From Bacteroidales bacterium (GTDB taxonomy: Bacteria > Bacteroidota > Bacteroidia > Bacteroidales > JAADGE01): 33,531 bases of DNA. Below, piece after piece: positions 19,349-29,140 of this stretch; position 1 is the first letter of the stretch; every line of letters starts with the position of its first letter. The translations under genes were made by a program, and so were the position numbers. Location of the stretch: contig JAOZMB010000022.1 of the NCBI GenBank assembly GCA_029934515.1, positions 1 through 33,531 on the forward strand, written 5' to 3'. The notes beneath the pieces were generated by a model. The model did no database searches, had not been told where the DNA came from, and saw only the letters and a program-made list of their open reading frames with translations.

Positions 19349-19699
19349 TTCTTTATTAAATTAAAAGTTATTAAAAAATAAAGATATACATATATTGAAA
19401 AAAAGTCAATAAGTATTATACTAAATTTTATACGATTTTTACTTATATTATATATAATTTGCAACATCACAATATATAAAAATAACATACGTAAAATCTT
19501 TGTTATTAAAAAACAAAGATAGTAAAAAAATATTATATAAAAAATATTTTTTCATATAATATTAAATTATAAATAATATTTGTCTATTGTCTTTTTGTTG
19601 GTTTAATAAATATTTATTAATTTTGTATGTTAATTGATTAATTACCTGAGCTAAATAATTAAATGTTTACTATTAAAAATATAGATTTTAGAAAGTATT

Positions 19700-20419
19700 A
19701 TGAATCAAGAAATAAACTCTCGAACAATTTTATTGCTTGGCAAAGCAAATGTTAATAAACTAAAAAAATCTCATGTTCTGATTGCAGGATTGGGTGGTGT
19801 CGGCGGATATGCAGTTGAACAATTAAGTCGCTCTGGAATAGGTGAATTAACAATTGTTGATGCAGATACTGTAAACGAAAGTAATATTAATAGACAGATA
19901 ATTGCTCTAACAAATACTGTTGGAAAAAATAAAACAGATTTGTTTGCCGAAAGAATAAAAAATATAAATCCGAATATAAAAGTAAATGTCGTAAAAAAAT
20001 ATATTAAAGACGAAGAAATAACAAATTTATTACAACGATACAATTATGATTTTGTAATAGATGCGATTGATACTCTTGCACCTAAAGTTAAATTTATATC
20101 AGAATGTATGCGAATGCAATTTCCGTTTGTTAGTTCGATGGGAGCTGGCGGAAAGATGAATATAGAAAAAGTAAAAATTGCAGATATTAGTAAAACATAT
20201 AATTGTGGTTTGGCAAGAATGGTTCGTAAACGTCTTTATCGTGTTGGGATAAGAAAAGGTTTTGAGGTTGTTTTCAGTACCGAAAAAATAATAAAAGAAG
20301 CAATTATTACAGAACCAAGCGAAAATAAAAAAACTACGGTTGGAACGATTTCGTATATGCCTGCTGTATTTGGTTTATATTGTGCTTCCGTAGCCATTAA
20401 GTTTTTAATTAATTCTTAA
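19700..20419 (+). CDS. tcdA: tRNA threonylcarbamoyladenosine dehydratase (ThiF/MoeB E1-like fold)
   Basis: 239 aa. Rossmann VLIAGLGGVGGYAVEQLSRSGIGELTIVDADTVNESNINRQ, then FVIDAIDTLAPK. Length and motifs match TcdA/CsdL rather than MoeB/ThiF proper. Confidence 0.75.
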   Translation: MNQEINSRTILLLGKANVNKLKKSHVLIAGLGGVGGYAVEQLSRSGIGELTIVDADTVNESNINRQIIALTNTVGKNKTDLFAERIKNINPNIKVNVVKKYIKDEEITNLLQRYNYDFVIDAIDTLAPKVKFISECMRMQFPFVSSMGAGGKMNIEKVKIADISKTYNCGLARMVRKRLYRVGIRKGFEVVFSTEKIIKEAIITEPSENKKTTVGTISYMPAVFGLYCASVAIKFLINS

Positions 20420-20423
20420 AAAA

Positions 20424-21392
20424 ATGATAAAATTTTTAATTATAAGATTTAGTTCGATTGGTGATATTGTGCTTACTACTCCTGTTATTAGATGTTTAAA
20501 AAAACAACATAAAGAAGAGGCACTTGTTCATTTTCTTACTAAGGAACAATATAAAATAATTGTTATTAATAATCCGTATATTGATAAAATACATATTTTG
20601 AACAAAAATTTTAGACGGACAATTGAAGAGTTAGAAAAAGAAAAATTTGATTATATAATCGACCTGCATAATAATATCAGAACATTAAGAATTAAATTAA
20701 ATTTAAAAATCCCAACGGAAAGTTTTAATAAAATTAATATCAGAAAGTTCTTAATTGTAAATTTTAAAATAAATAAACTACCAGACACACATATAGTAGA
20801 TAGATATTTGAATACGATAAAAAAGTTTGGTATCCAGAATGATAATAAAGGTTTAGATTATTTTATTCCACAAAAAGACAAAGTTGATATTAATTCATTA
20901 CCAAAAAAATTTCATAAAAATTATGTTTTTTTTGCAATCGGTGCGCAACACAATACAAAAAAATTACCTCCAGAACAAATAATTGAAATTTGTAATAATA
21001 TTAAATATCCAATAATTATTTCTGGAGGCAAAGCAGATAATAGGGTAGGGGAGTTTGTTGAACACGAATCAAAAAATATAATCTTTAATTCTTGCGGAAA
21101 ATATAATCTTAATCAATCTGCTTCACTTGCCAAACAATCCAAAATTGTAATCACACATGACACAGGACTTATGCACATTGCTGCCGCTTTTAACAAAAAA
21201 ATTATATCTATATGGGGAAATACAATTCCTGAATTTGGAATGTATCCATATATGCCAGATAAAAAATATATAACAATTGAAGTGAAAAATTTGAGATGCA
21301 GACCATGTTCAAAAATAGGTTACAAAAAATGTCCTAAGAAACATTTTAAATGTATGAAAAATATTAAATTCAAAAGTTCAATGATAGAATGA
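20424..21392 (+). CDS. Glycosyltransferase family 9 (heptosyltransferase-like)
   Basis: 322 aa. N-terminal IIRFSSIGDIVLTTPVIRCLKKQ. HDTGLMHIAAAF near C-terminus. Starts 4 bp after tcdA, so probable operon. Confidence 0.8.
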   Translation: MIKFLIIRFSSIGDIVLTTPVIRCLKKQHKEEALVHFLTKEQYKIIVINNPYIDKIHILNKNFRRTIEELEKEKFDYIIDLHNNIRTLRIKLNLKIPTESFNKINIRKFLIVNFKINKLPDTHIVDRYLNTIKKFGIQNDNKGLDYFIPQKDKVDINSLPKKFHKNYVFFAIGAQHNTKKLPPEQIIEICNNIKYPIIISGGKADNRVGEFVEHESKNIIFNSCGKYNLNQSASLAKQSKIVITHDTGLMHIAAAFNKKIISIWGNTIPEFGMYPYMPDKKYITIEVKNLRCRPCSKIGYKKCPKKHFKCMKNIKFKSSMIE

Positions 21393-21410
21393 AAAATAAA
21401 AAATATAATT

Positions 21411-21869
21411 TTAAACTTTCCATAGACCATTCTCATATTTTATTTTCAATGATTTTATAATATTGTAGATTTGTGCTTTTTGATAATTTACATTAAAATG
21501 ATTTTTTACAAGCAAAGTAATATTCCTTCCGTTCCAGCGTTTTTCTTCAATATCAAATTCTTCTGGTTTCTGTGTAAGTATAATTTTTTTTAACTCTTCT
21601 TTTTGCTCATTTGTCAATCCCGGTTTCCGTCCTGTTTTAGGCTTATCATTCAAACTCGCTTCGCCTTCCAAATTAAAATAATGTATCCAAATTGTAATTT
21701 GTTTAAAACTTATATCAAATAAACTTTCTAATTTTCTTGCACTCCAACCTTTTGAAAAAAGATAAATAGCAAACAATTTTAATCCTTTTTTATAACAATT
21801 GTTCGAATTTATTAATTTTTTTATTTCTTCGCTTGAATAATCATTTATTTGTAGCTTATTTTTATACAT
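21411..21869 (-). mobile_element. IS630-family transposase N-terminal (HTH/wHTH) portion only. DDE catalytic half absent: IS remnant or domesticated fragment
   Basis: 152 aa. GWSARKLESLFDISFKQITIWIHYFNLEGEASLNDKPKTGRKPGLTNEQKEELKKII...FDIEEKRWNGRNITLLVKNHFNVNYQKAQIYNIIKSLKI matches the paired HTH region (..GL.DKPRSGRP..) of IS630/Tc1 transposases. The stop is 18 bp from the converging GT9 stop, leaving no room for a DDE domain. Confidence 0.6.
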
Positions 21870-22139
21870 ATTGATTGTTTTTTGTGTAATGAATTATTAT
21901 ACAAAATTAGAAAAATATTGAATAAAATCCGATTTTTTTATACTTTTTATTTAATCGCCTGAAAATAAATTTCGTTAAAATACATACAATTCAAATCTGA
22001 ATATGCAATTTTCAAGCGATTAAAACACTGTAAATACATGATTTTGTTGCTAAAATTAACATTTTTTTATTTTAATTTATTCTAAAAATGGCTAAAATGC
22101 TAATATTCAGCAATATACAAATTTACAAATAAATAATAT

Positions 22140-22586
22140 TTATGCTGGATAATATTCTATAAAGGTTCGGTCTGAGTTAAAAATTAGAATTCTTTCAGCT
22201 CTACAATTTTTCCTTTTCTTCTTCTTTTTCTTCTTTTTTATTTTCGTTTCAACTATATTTTCGTTTTCTTCTGTCTCATCTTTCTTTACTTCTGCAATTT
22301 TTATCTTTTTAGGTTTTATTATTTCCTCTTGTTTTGCTTCTTCTGGTTTTTCTGAAAATATTTTTTGAGTTCTGACTGTTCTATACATAGAACCTTTTCC
22401 AAAAAGCAACCATTCTGGTTCTAATTTATTAAAAGCTGTCAATATTTCCTGAACAACATCCAGACTGGGATTGTTACGTCCTGATAAAATATGCGAAACA
22501 CTCGACCTTTGCCTTCCTATTTTTTTTGCAAAATCAGAAGCTGATAACTTTTCCGTTTCAATTATTTTTTTTATTCTACTTTTCAT
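22140..22586 (-). CDS. XRE-family helix-turn-helix transcriptional regulator with lysine-rich C-terminal tail
   Basis: 148 aa. LSASDFAKKIGRQRSSVSHILSGRNNPSLDVVQEILTAFNKLEPEWLLFGKG (HTH_XRE pattern). The K-run is encoded by a ~40-nt polypurine tract. Confidence 0.7.
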   Translation of the reverse strand: MKSRIKKIIETEKLSASDFAKKIGRQRSSVSHILSGRNNPSLDVVQEILTAFNKLEPEWLLFGKGSMYRTVRTQKIFSEKPEEAKQEEIIKPKKIKIAEVKKDETEENENIVETKIKKKKKKKKRKNCRAERILIFNSDRTFIEYYPA

Positions 22587-22598
22587 ATTTGTATTAGA

Positions 22599-22643
22599 TT
22601 TACATTTGTAAACATTACTTTGATTTAAGTTTACAAATGTAAT
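22599..22643. promoter_or_regulatory. Operator pair 1: two TTTACA-N2-TGTAAA palindromes 31 bp centre-to-centre, 13 bp upstream of the XRE regulator start codon
   Basis: tttacatttgtaaa at 22599-22612 (perfect) and tttacaaatgtaat at 22630-22643 (1 mismatch). TTTACA is the reverse complement of TGTAAA. Confidence 0.5.
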
Positions 22644-23187
22644 AACAATAATTTGATTTATAACAATAATTTTATGTTTTTTTTTTATTAATTTGAATTA
22701 AATAAAATCTTATGAATAATCATTTGTTGTGCTTAATTATATAAAGTTTTGAAAATATTGATTACAGAAATATTACAATGCTAAATTCTAAATGTAGTTA
22801 TATTTAATATTATTCGCAAAGATGTAATGAATGAAGGTTAATATAATTGTCTAAAATTTACATAGGTAATCTGTTTTTAATTAAGATTAAGTTTTATTTG
22901 ATACATTCTATTTTTAAAATCGCATAAACAATCTTTTAAATTGTTAATTTCTAAGAACTTCATTTATTTATTATTCAAATTATTATTTAAGAAATTAGGA
23001 ATAACTATATTAAATTTTTTATAAATTGGTTTATTTCTTTTATAACTCAAAAAAATATTTAATCATTATTTTTTGACGTAATAAAATAGTGAAATAATGT
23101 AATCCTATTTTTATTTAATAATTTTCATTATTTGATTTTTTAACCTTTTATATATTGCCTTTATTGTCTTAAAATCAACTGTTTAAT

Positions 23188-23222
23188 AACAAACACTTAA
23201 AGTAATAGTTTAAGTGTTTGTT
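23188..23222. other. Perfect 14-bp stem / 7-nt loop hairpin inside the ORF-free tract
   Basis: aacaaacacttaaa (23188-23201), gtaatag loop, tttaagtgtttgtt (23209-23222). Confidence 0.5.
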
Positions 23223-23794
23223 TAAATTTGGATAGATAAAAACTTACATATTTTTTTAAGATTGTCGAGATTAATATGGTTTAAGTTTTATATTTAGTCC
23301 AAATTTTTCGATTATACGAAGATTTAAGATAATATAAACATAATTCGCTGATTTATTTATTTAAAGCCTAAAAACGTTTATTTCAAGGAATTGAGACCTT
23401 TACAATCAAAAAATTCTTTAAATGTTTTATAAGACGTTAAGTTCATATTTAAGTAATTAACGTATAAAATAATAATCTTTAAGGTTGAGTTGAATAAATG
23501 AACAGTTTACCGAATTTAATAATAAGATTTTTATCAAAAATAAGAATAAAAGTTGTTTGCTAATTTCATAACTTGTGAAATATTTATAATTTATTTTTAT
23601 ATCTTAGTTTTACAAAACATAAGTAGCTGACCACAAAGAATTTTTTATTTCAGAATTGTAACCAAACAATAGAAAATTATTACTTATTTCATATTATGAA
23701 ATTTTATGGCTGGGAAAAAAACATTTCAAAAAAGCAATATCATTATTTTTAAAATTTGCCAAAATTTAAGAAGCACTAAAATAAATTGATGGTG

Positions 23795-23849
23795 TTTACA
23801 TTTGTAACTATAATTAAAGTTTTAATTATTTGTTGTTTACATTTGTAAT
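23795..23849. promoter_or_regulatory. Operator pair 2: two further TTTACA-N2-TGTAAA-like palindromes 41 bp apart, not adjacent to any ORF of 62 aa or more
   Basis: tttacatttgtaac at 23795-23808 and tttacatttgtaat at 23836-23849. Confidence 0.4.
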
Positions 23850-24600
23850 TATTATATTCAATAGCAAAAAATATTATTTATCAACTCTGCAAAAGTTAAT
23901 AAAATAATATTTTTCATATTCATAAGAGAATTTAAAATTTATATCGGTATTTTTATGGAGTAGATAATTATTTAATTCGTGTTGAAAAAATATTAAAGAA
24001 CAAAATAAAAATTCTCATTGGCTATTTTCATTAATCAATAAAAAAAAAAAAAATTATATGAGCATTATTTTTTTTGATAAAATATTTAAAAATAATAAAA
24101 TTTATTCAAGTCGTTGTTTTTGATTAAAATATACTTTATTTAATGTTTTGTAACTAATTGAATATCAATGTTATATGATTTTTATTTTAAAAATAAAAAT
24201 AAAAATAAAAACAATAAAATGTTAAAAACCTAATAATCAGCATGTTATGATAAAAATAAGAGTTGTTTAAATGTTGTTTTTTTTACATATTTTGCTTAAA
24301 ATTAAAAAATATTGCATTTTAAAAGAGTTAAACAAAAAATAGAAAAATTTCTGTTATAAATTACGAATTTTAAGTTGAAAAAAGCATAATCTAAAAATAA
24401 AATACACACTTTTATTAAAATAATAAAAATCTGTATTTTCTAAATTCAAATGTTTAATATTATCAAAATAAGAACAATTAGTATATTTTTTGCCAAAATA
24501 TTTGATTAAATTAAAATAAAAAAATAAAATGATAGGGGTATTTTAAAAAGTAATTGTCATAAAACTGTATAATACAAATATTCAATTAAATAAAAAAATA

Positions 24601-26955
24601 ATGAAAAAAATCAATTTATTTATGATTATGATAATATTTTTAGGAAATATTATTACAGCACAAAACAACAACACACAGACTATACGCGGGAAGATTGTTG
24701 ATAGTAAAACAGACGATCCAATTATCGGAGCAACTGTAATTATTTTGGATACCGACCCTTTAATTGGTACTGTAACTGATATCAATGGAAAATTTAGATT
24801 GGAAAATATAGCTCTCGGAAGACAAGGAATACAGATTAGTTATACTGGATATAATCAAGTTGTTATGAAAAATTTGGTTCTCGTTAAAGGCAAACAAACA
24901 GTTCTTAATATAAAAATGGAAGAGAGTGTAACCGATCTCGAAGAAATTACAGTTACTGTAAAAACAGATAAAACCCAAATAAATAATGAAATGGCAACAG
25001 TTAGTGCGAGGTCGTTTAGTGTGGAAGAGACTGAAAGATATGCTGGAAGTCTTGGTGACCCTTCGCGTATGGCTGCTAATTTTGCTGGAGTTATGTCTGT
25101 TGCCGACCAGAGAAATGACATAGTAATTCGTGGTAATTCTCCTTATGGTTTACTCTGGCGACTTGATGGAATTGATATTCCAAACCCAAATCATTTTGGT
25201 TCGCAAGGGTCAACAGGAGGTCCTGTTAGTATGCTTAATAATAATCTGCTTGCCAATTCAGATTTTTTTACAGGAGCTTTTCCTGCCGAATACGGTAATG
25301 CTATATCAGGAGCTTTTGATTTGAACATGAGAAATGGAAACAACGAAGAATATGAATTTCTTGGACAAATGGGTTTTAATGGTTTTGAACTTGGTGCCGA
25401 AGGTCCTATAAACCGGAAAACAGGTTCTTCGTTTATCGCAAATTTTAGATATTCAACACTTGAACTGATGAGTAATCTTGGAATAAATATGGGGGCTGGA
25501 GCCTCTGTTCCTCAGTATAAAGATTTTACTTTCAAAATTAATTTACCAAGAGGAAAATATGGAAAGCTATCAATTTTCGGTATCGGAGGTTTGAGTTATA
25601 TAGAAATGTTAGACAGCCAAGACGATGGTGCTGAGTTCGGTTTTGGTGGAACTGATTTAAGATATGGTTCGGATATGGGTGTGATAGGAATAAATCATAC
25701 AACATATTTGAAAAATAATACAAGATTAGTAACACGATTTTCTGTTCTCGGAACAAAAATTATAACTAAAATGGACTCGCTTGACAAAGACTATAATTAT
25801 GATTTTTTGTTTTATCTAGCAACAACAAAAGAAGTTAGATATAATATTGCATTGGAATTACAGAAGAAATTTAATTCAAAAAATTATTTGAAAACTGGAA
25901 TAAAATATAAACTGCTCGGCTTGGATTATCAGGATTCAGTTTTTAGACATAACAGATATATAAAACAATTGGAATTGAATGATAACCTTATTTTTACACA
26001 AGCATTTACACAGTTCCAACATAAATTTTCAGATGATTTTAATGCAAATATCGGTGTTTATGCACAGTATTTACCTCTGAACGAATCATTATCAATAGAA
26101 CCTCGCTTTGGTGTGAAATGGAATATTGTGCCAAAACATTCGATTAGTGCAGGTTTTGGAATGCACAGTCAGTTACAGGTATTACCTTTTTATTTTATGA
26201 AAGATTCAATCAATAATGAATACACAAACCAACATCTTGATTTTAACAAAAGCATACACAATGTAATTGCTTATGACTTTATTATAAACCAGAATTTTAG
26301 ATTTAAATGTGAAGCATATTATCAAATTGTTTCAAACATTCCAGTTTCTGATGAACAAGCTGAATTTTCTATGCTTAACACAGGCGATGATTTTACATCA
26401 TCGGTTTATTACAATATGAAAAATGAAGGAACAGGTACAAATTATGGACTTGAATTTACACTTGAAAAGTTTTTTAGCAAAGGTTTTTATTTTCTTATAA
26501 CTGCATCATTATTTGAATCAAAATATAAAGGTGCTGACGAGATTGAAAGAGATACAAAATTTAACGGGAATTATGTTTATAATGTTCTTGGCGGATATGA
26601 ATTTAATATTGGTAAAAATTCTATGCTTGCCCTCGACCTGAAAGGTGTATATGCAGGCGGAAAAAGATATATACAAGTAGATATTGAAAAAAGTAAAGAA
26701 GAACATTCTTTGGAATATGATTGGAGTAATTCTTACGAAAAAAGGTTTGATGATTATTTCAGATTAAATGCAAGAATAACTTTTAAATTAAATTCAAAGA
26801 AAAGAGCATTGAGCCATGAATGGGCTCTTGATATTCAAAATATTACAAACCATCAAAATGTTTATGCACAAAGCTGGGACGATGACAAACAAGAAGTAGT
26901 AATTGATTACCAACAAGGTTTTTTTCCAATGGTAACTTACAGAATATTATTTTAA
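24601..26955 (+). CDS. TonB-dependent receptor (CarbopepD_reg-like N-terminus, plug, 22-strand barrel)
   Basis: 784 aa. Signal peptide. IRGKIVDSKTDDPIIGATVIIL...GKFRLENI. Plug NDIVIRGNSPYGLLWRLDGIDIPNPNH. C-terminal MVTYRILF (terminal aromatic). Confidence 0.85.
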   Translation: MKKINLFMIMIIFLGNIITAQNNNTQTIRGKIVDSKTDDPIIGATVIILDTDPLIGTVTDINGKFRLENIALGRQGIQISYTGYNQVVMKNLVLVKGKQTVLNIKMEESVTDLEEITVTVKTDKTQINNEMATVSARSFSVEETERYAGSLGDPSRMAANFAGVMSVADQRNDIVIRGNSPYGLLWRLDGIDIPNPNHFGSQGSTGGPVSMLNNNLLANSDFFTGAFPAEYGNAISGAFDLNMRNGNNEEYEFLGQMGFNGFELGAEGPINRKTGSSFIANFRYSTLELMSNLGINMGAGASVPQYKDFTFKINLPRGKYGKLSIFGIGGLSYIEMLDSQDDGAEFGFGGTDLRYGSDMGVIGINHTTYLKNNTRLVTRFSVLGTKIITKMDSLDKDYNYDFLFYLATTKEVRYNIALELQKKFNSKNYLKTGIKYKLLGLDYQDSVFRHNRYIKQLELNDNLIFTQAFTQFQHKFSDDFNANIGVYAQYLPLNESLSIEPRFGVKWNIVPKHSISAGFGMHSQLQVLPFYFMKDSINNEYTNQHLDFNKSIHNVIAYDFIINQNFRFKCEAYYQIVSNIPVSDEQAEFSMLNTGDDFTSSVYYNMKNEGTGTNYGLEFTLEKFFSKGFYFLITASLFESKYKGADEIERDTKFNGNYVYNVLGGYEFNIGKNSMLALDLKGVYAGGKRYIQVDIEKSKEEHSLEYDWSNSYEKRFDDYFRLNARITFKLNSKKRALSHEWALDIQNITNHQNVYAQSWDDDKQEVVIDYQQGFFPMVTYRILF

Positions 26956-27181
26956 TAAAAAAAATGTAATTAATTTTATTTATTATTAATATCTTTGTAA
27001 AATATTAAAGCCTGTAAGATTTTGAAAATCTTGCAGGTTTTGTTATTATAAATTTAATTTGCATAAATAATTTAATATGCAATTGGTATATTCTAAAAAA
27101 ATGTATTTCTTTGCAAAAATTTTTCAATTGCATAAATTTAAAATGTTTAAAAATATTAATCCGATTGTTTATAATATGGTT

Positions 27182-28486
27182 ATGAAAAAACTATCAATAT
27201 TTATTATATTTACTCTGGCAAACTTAATATGTTATTCACAACTTAATCAGAGATTGAGTCTTAAAAATGCTGTTTCGATAGGATTGAAAAATAATTACCA
27301 AATTCAAATTTCCGAAAGTGATATTGAAATTTCAAATAATAATAATACTTGGGGAAAAGCTGGTGGATTGCCGACTCTATCCGTTGGTGTTAATCAGGCG
27401 AATAGGTTTGACAATAGTGAAAGTCAGATAACAGATGGAAGAGATGATATTTATTCTAATTCTATTTCGCCGTATGCAAATCTGCAAATGGTTATTTTTA
27501 ATGGTTTTGCAATTACAATTAATAAACAAAATCTTGAAAAATTACAGGAACTATCAAAAGGTTATATGCAACTGACAATAGAGAATACTATTTCGGAAAT
27601 AAAGAACTCTTACTATTCTGTTTTGCTTGAAAATGAAAAGTTAAAAGTTGTTCGTGAACTTATGTTGTTATCAAAAGACCGCTACGATTATATGTTAATA
27701 AAACAAGAACTTGGTACAGCTGTTACTTATGATGTTCTTCAGATTAAGAACTCATTTCTTACAGATTCATCGAATTATTTGTTACAAAAAATTGTTTATG
27801 ATAATTCAATGCGGCAGTTAGGCAAAGTGCTTGGTAATAATATTTTTATTCGTTATGAGCTTACTGGCGATTTAAGTTTTGAGGATAAAGATTATATTTT
27901 GGGTGATTTAATAACTCAACTTACCGATAGAAATTCTACTTTGCAAAACCTGAATATTAGTCAAGAAATGTTAAAAAATAATATAGAACTTGCAAAAAGT
28001 TCTTTGTATCCTTCGTTGGTGCTCAATGCAGGAGCCGATTATTCAAAACAAAGAAGAAAATATAATGACTTAGAATCACAAAGTTCGTACTCGTATGATA
28101 TGTATGCAAATCTGTCGCTTAGCTATACTATTTTTAATGGCGGAAACAGAAACCGCAATATTGCAAATGCAAAAATAGAAGCCGACAAAGGACTCCTACA
28201 AATAAAAGATTTAGAATTAACACTTAAAAATACTTTGTTTTCTTTGTACGAAATGTATGAAGTTAGAAGACAATTATTGCGAGTTGCAAGTGAAAACCTC
28301 GAAGCCGCAAAATTAAATCTTGAAATATCAAAAGACAAATTTAATTCAGGAGCAATTAATTCATTTAATTATCGTGATGTTCAGATTATTTATTTGAACA
28401 CAGCCTTTTCAGAATTGCAAGCTAAATATAATCTAATAAGCACTCATATTGATTTAATGAAAATTACTGGAAATACAGTTCAATAA
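27182..28486 (+). CDS. TolC-family outer-membrane efflux protein. The ORF-track start at 27077 is probably too far upstream
   Basis: Signal peptide begins at internal Met (MKKLSIFIIFTLANLICYSQ), start at 27182 or 27176. LSLKNAVSIGLKNNYQIQ... typical TolC/OprM N-terminal helix start and two repeat halves. Confidence 0.7.
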   Translation: MKKLSIFIIFTLANLICYSQLNQRLSLKNAVSIGLKNNYQIQISESDIEISNNNNTWGKAGGLPTLSVGVNQANRFDNSESQITDGRDDIYSNSISPYANLQMVIFNGFAITINKQNLEKLQELSKGYMQLTIENTISEIKNSYYSVLLENEKLKVVRELMLLSKDRYDYMLIKQELGTAVTYDVLQIKNSFLTDSSNYLLQKIVYDNSMRQLGKVLGNNIFIRYELTGDLSFEDKDYILGDLITQLTDRNSTLQNLNISQEMLKNNIELAKSSLYPSLVLNAGADYSKQRRKYNDLESQSSYSYDMYANLSLSYTIFNGGNRNRNIANAKIEADKGLLQIKDLELTLKNTLFSLYEMYEVRRQLLRVASENLEAAKLNLEISKDKFNSGAINSFNYRDVQIIYLNTAFSELQAKYNLISTHIDLMKITGNTVQ

Positions 28487-28521
28487 CATAATAAAAATCA
28501 ATGAGTCGATAAATAAAAAAT

Positions 28522-29127
28522 ATGTTAATAATAGGAATTGCTGGAGGAACAGGCTCCGGAAAAACAACAGTTGTAAAAAGAATAATGGAACGTTTACCAG
28601 AAGGAGAAGTTGCTGTGCTTTCGCAGGATTCTTATTACAGAGATAACAGCGATATACCTTTGGAGGAACGTCTAAAAATTAATTTCGACCACCCAAAAGC
28701 TATTGAATTTGAATTATTAATCGAACATATAGAACAACTGAAAAATGGAAAAACGGTAGAGCAACCAATATATTCGTATCTAACATGTACCAGAGCAAAA
28801 GAGACAATTAAAGTAAAGCAACGTTCTGTTATTATAGTAGAAGGTATATTAGTGCTGACAAGCAAAAGGTTGAGAAATTTGTTTGATATAAAAATATTTG
28901 TACATACTGATGACGATGACAGACTTGCGCGAGTCATTCGTCGAGATATAATTGAACGAGGAAGAACAGTTGAAAAAGTTCTATACCGTTATGATAATTT
29001 TGTGAAACCAATGCACAAACAATTTATCGAACCAACAATGAAATATGCAGATTTAATTGTACCACAAGGAGGACACAATACTGTTGCAATTGATGTTTTA
29101 TCTTCTATAATCGAACAAAATCTTTAA
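28522..29127 (+). CDS. udk: Uridine kinase
   Basis: 201 aa. IIGIAGGTGSGKTTV P-loop, DSYY, IIVEGILVL, typical Udk length. Confidence 0.9.
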   Translation: MLIIGIAGGTGSGKTTVVKRIMERLPEGEVAVLSQDSYYRDNSDIPLEERLKINFDHPKAIEFELLIEHIEQLKNGKTVEQPIYSYLTCTRAKETIKVKQRSVIIVEGILVLTSKRLRNLFDIKIFVHTDDDDRLARVIRRDIIERGRTVEKVLYRYDNFVKPMHKQFIEPTMKYADLIVPQGGHNTVAIDVLSSIIEQNL

Positions 29128-29140
29128 TTTAAAATAAATT

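Noticed and set aside
24180-24215. (AAAAAT)4 tandem repeat and nearby A14 run, considered as CRISPR or minisatellite
   Set aside because: Only 4 short units, no spacer-repeat architecture, no cas genes. Simple low-complexity sequence in AT-rich DNA.
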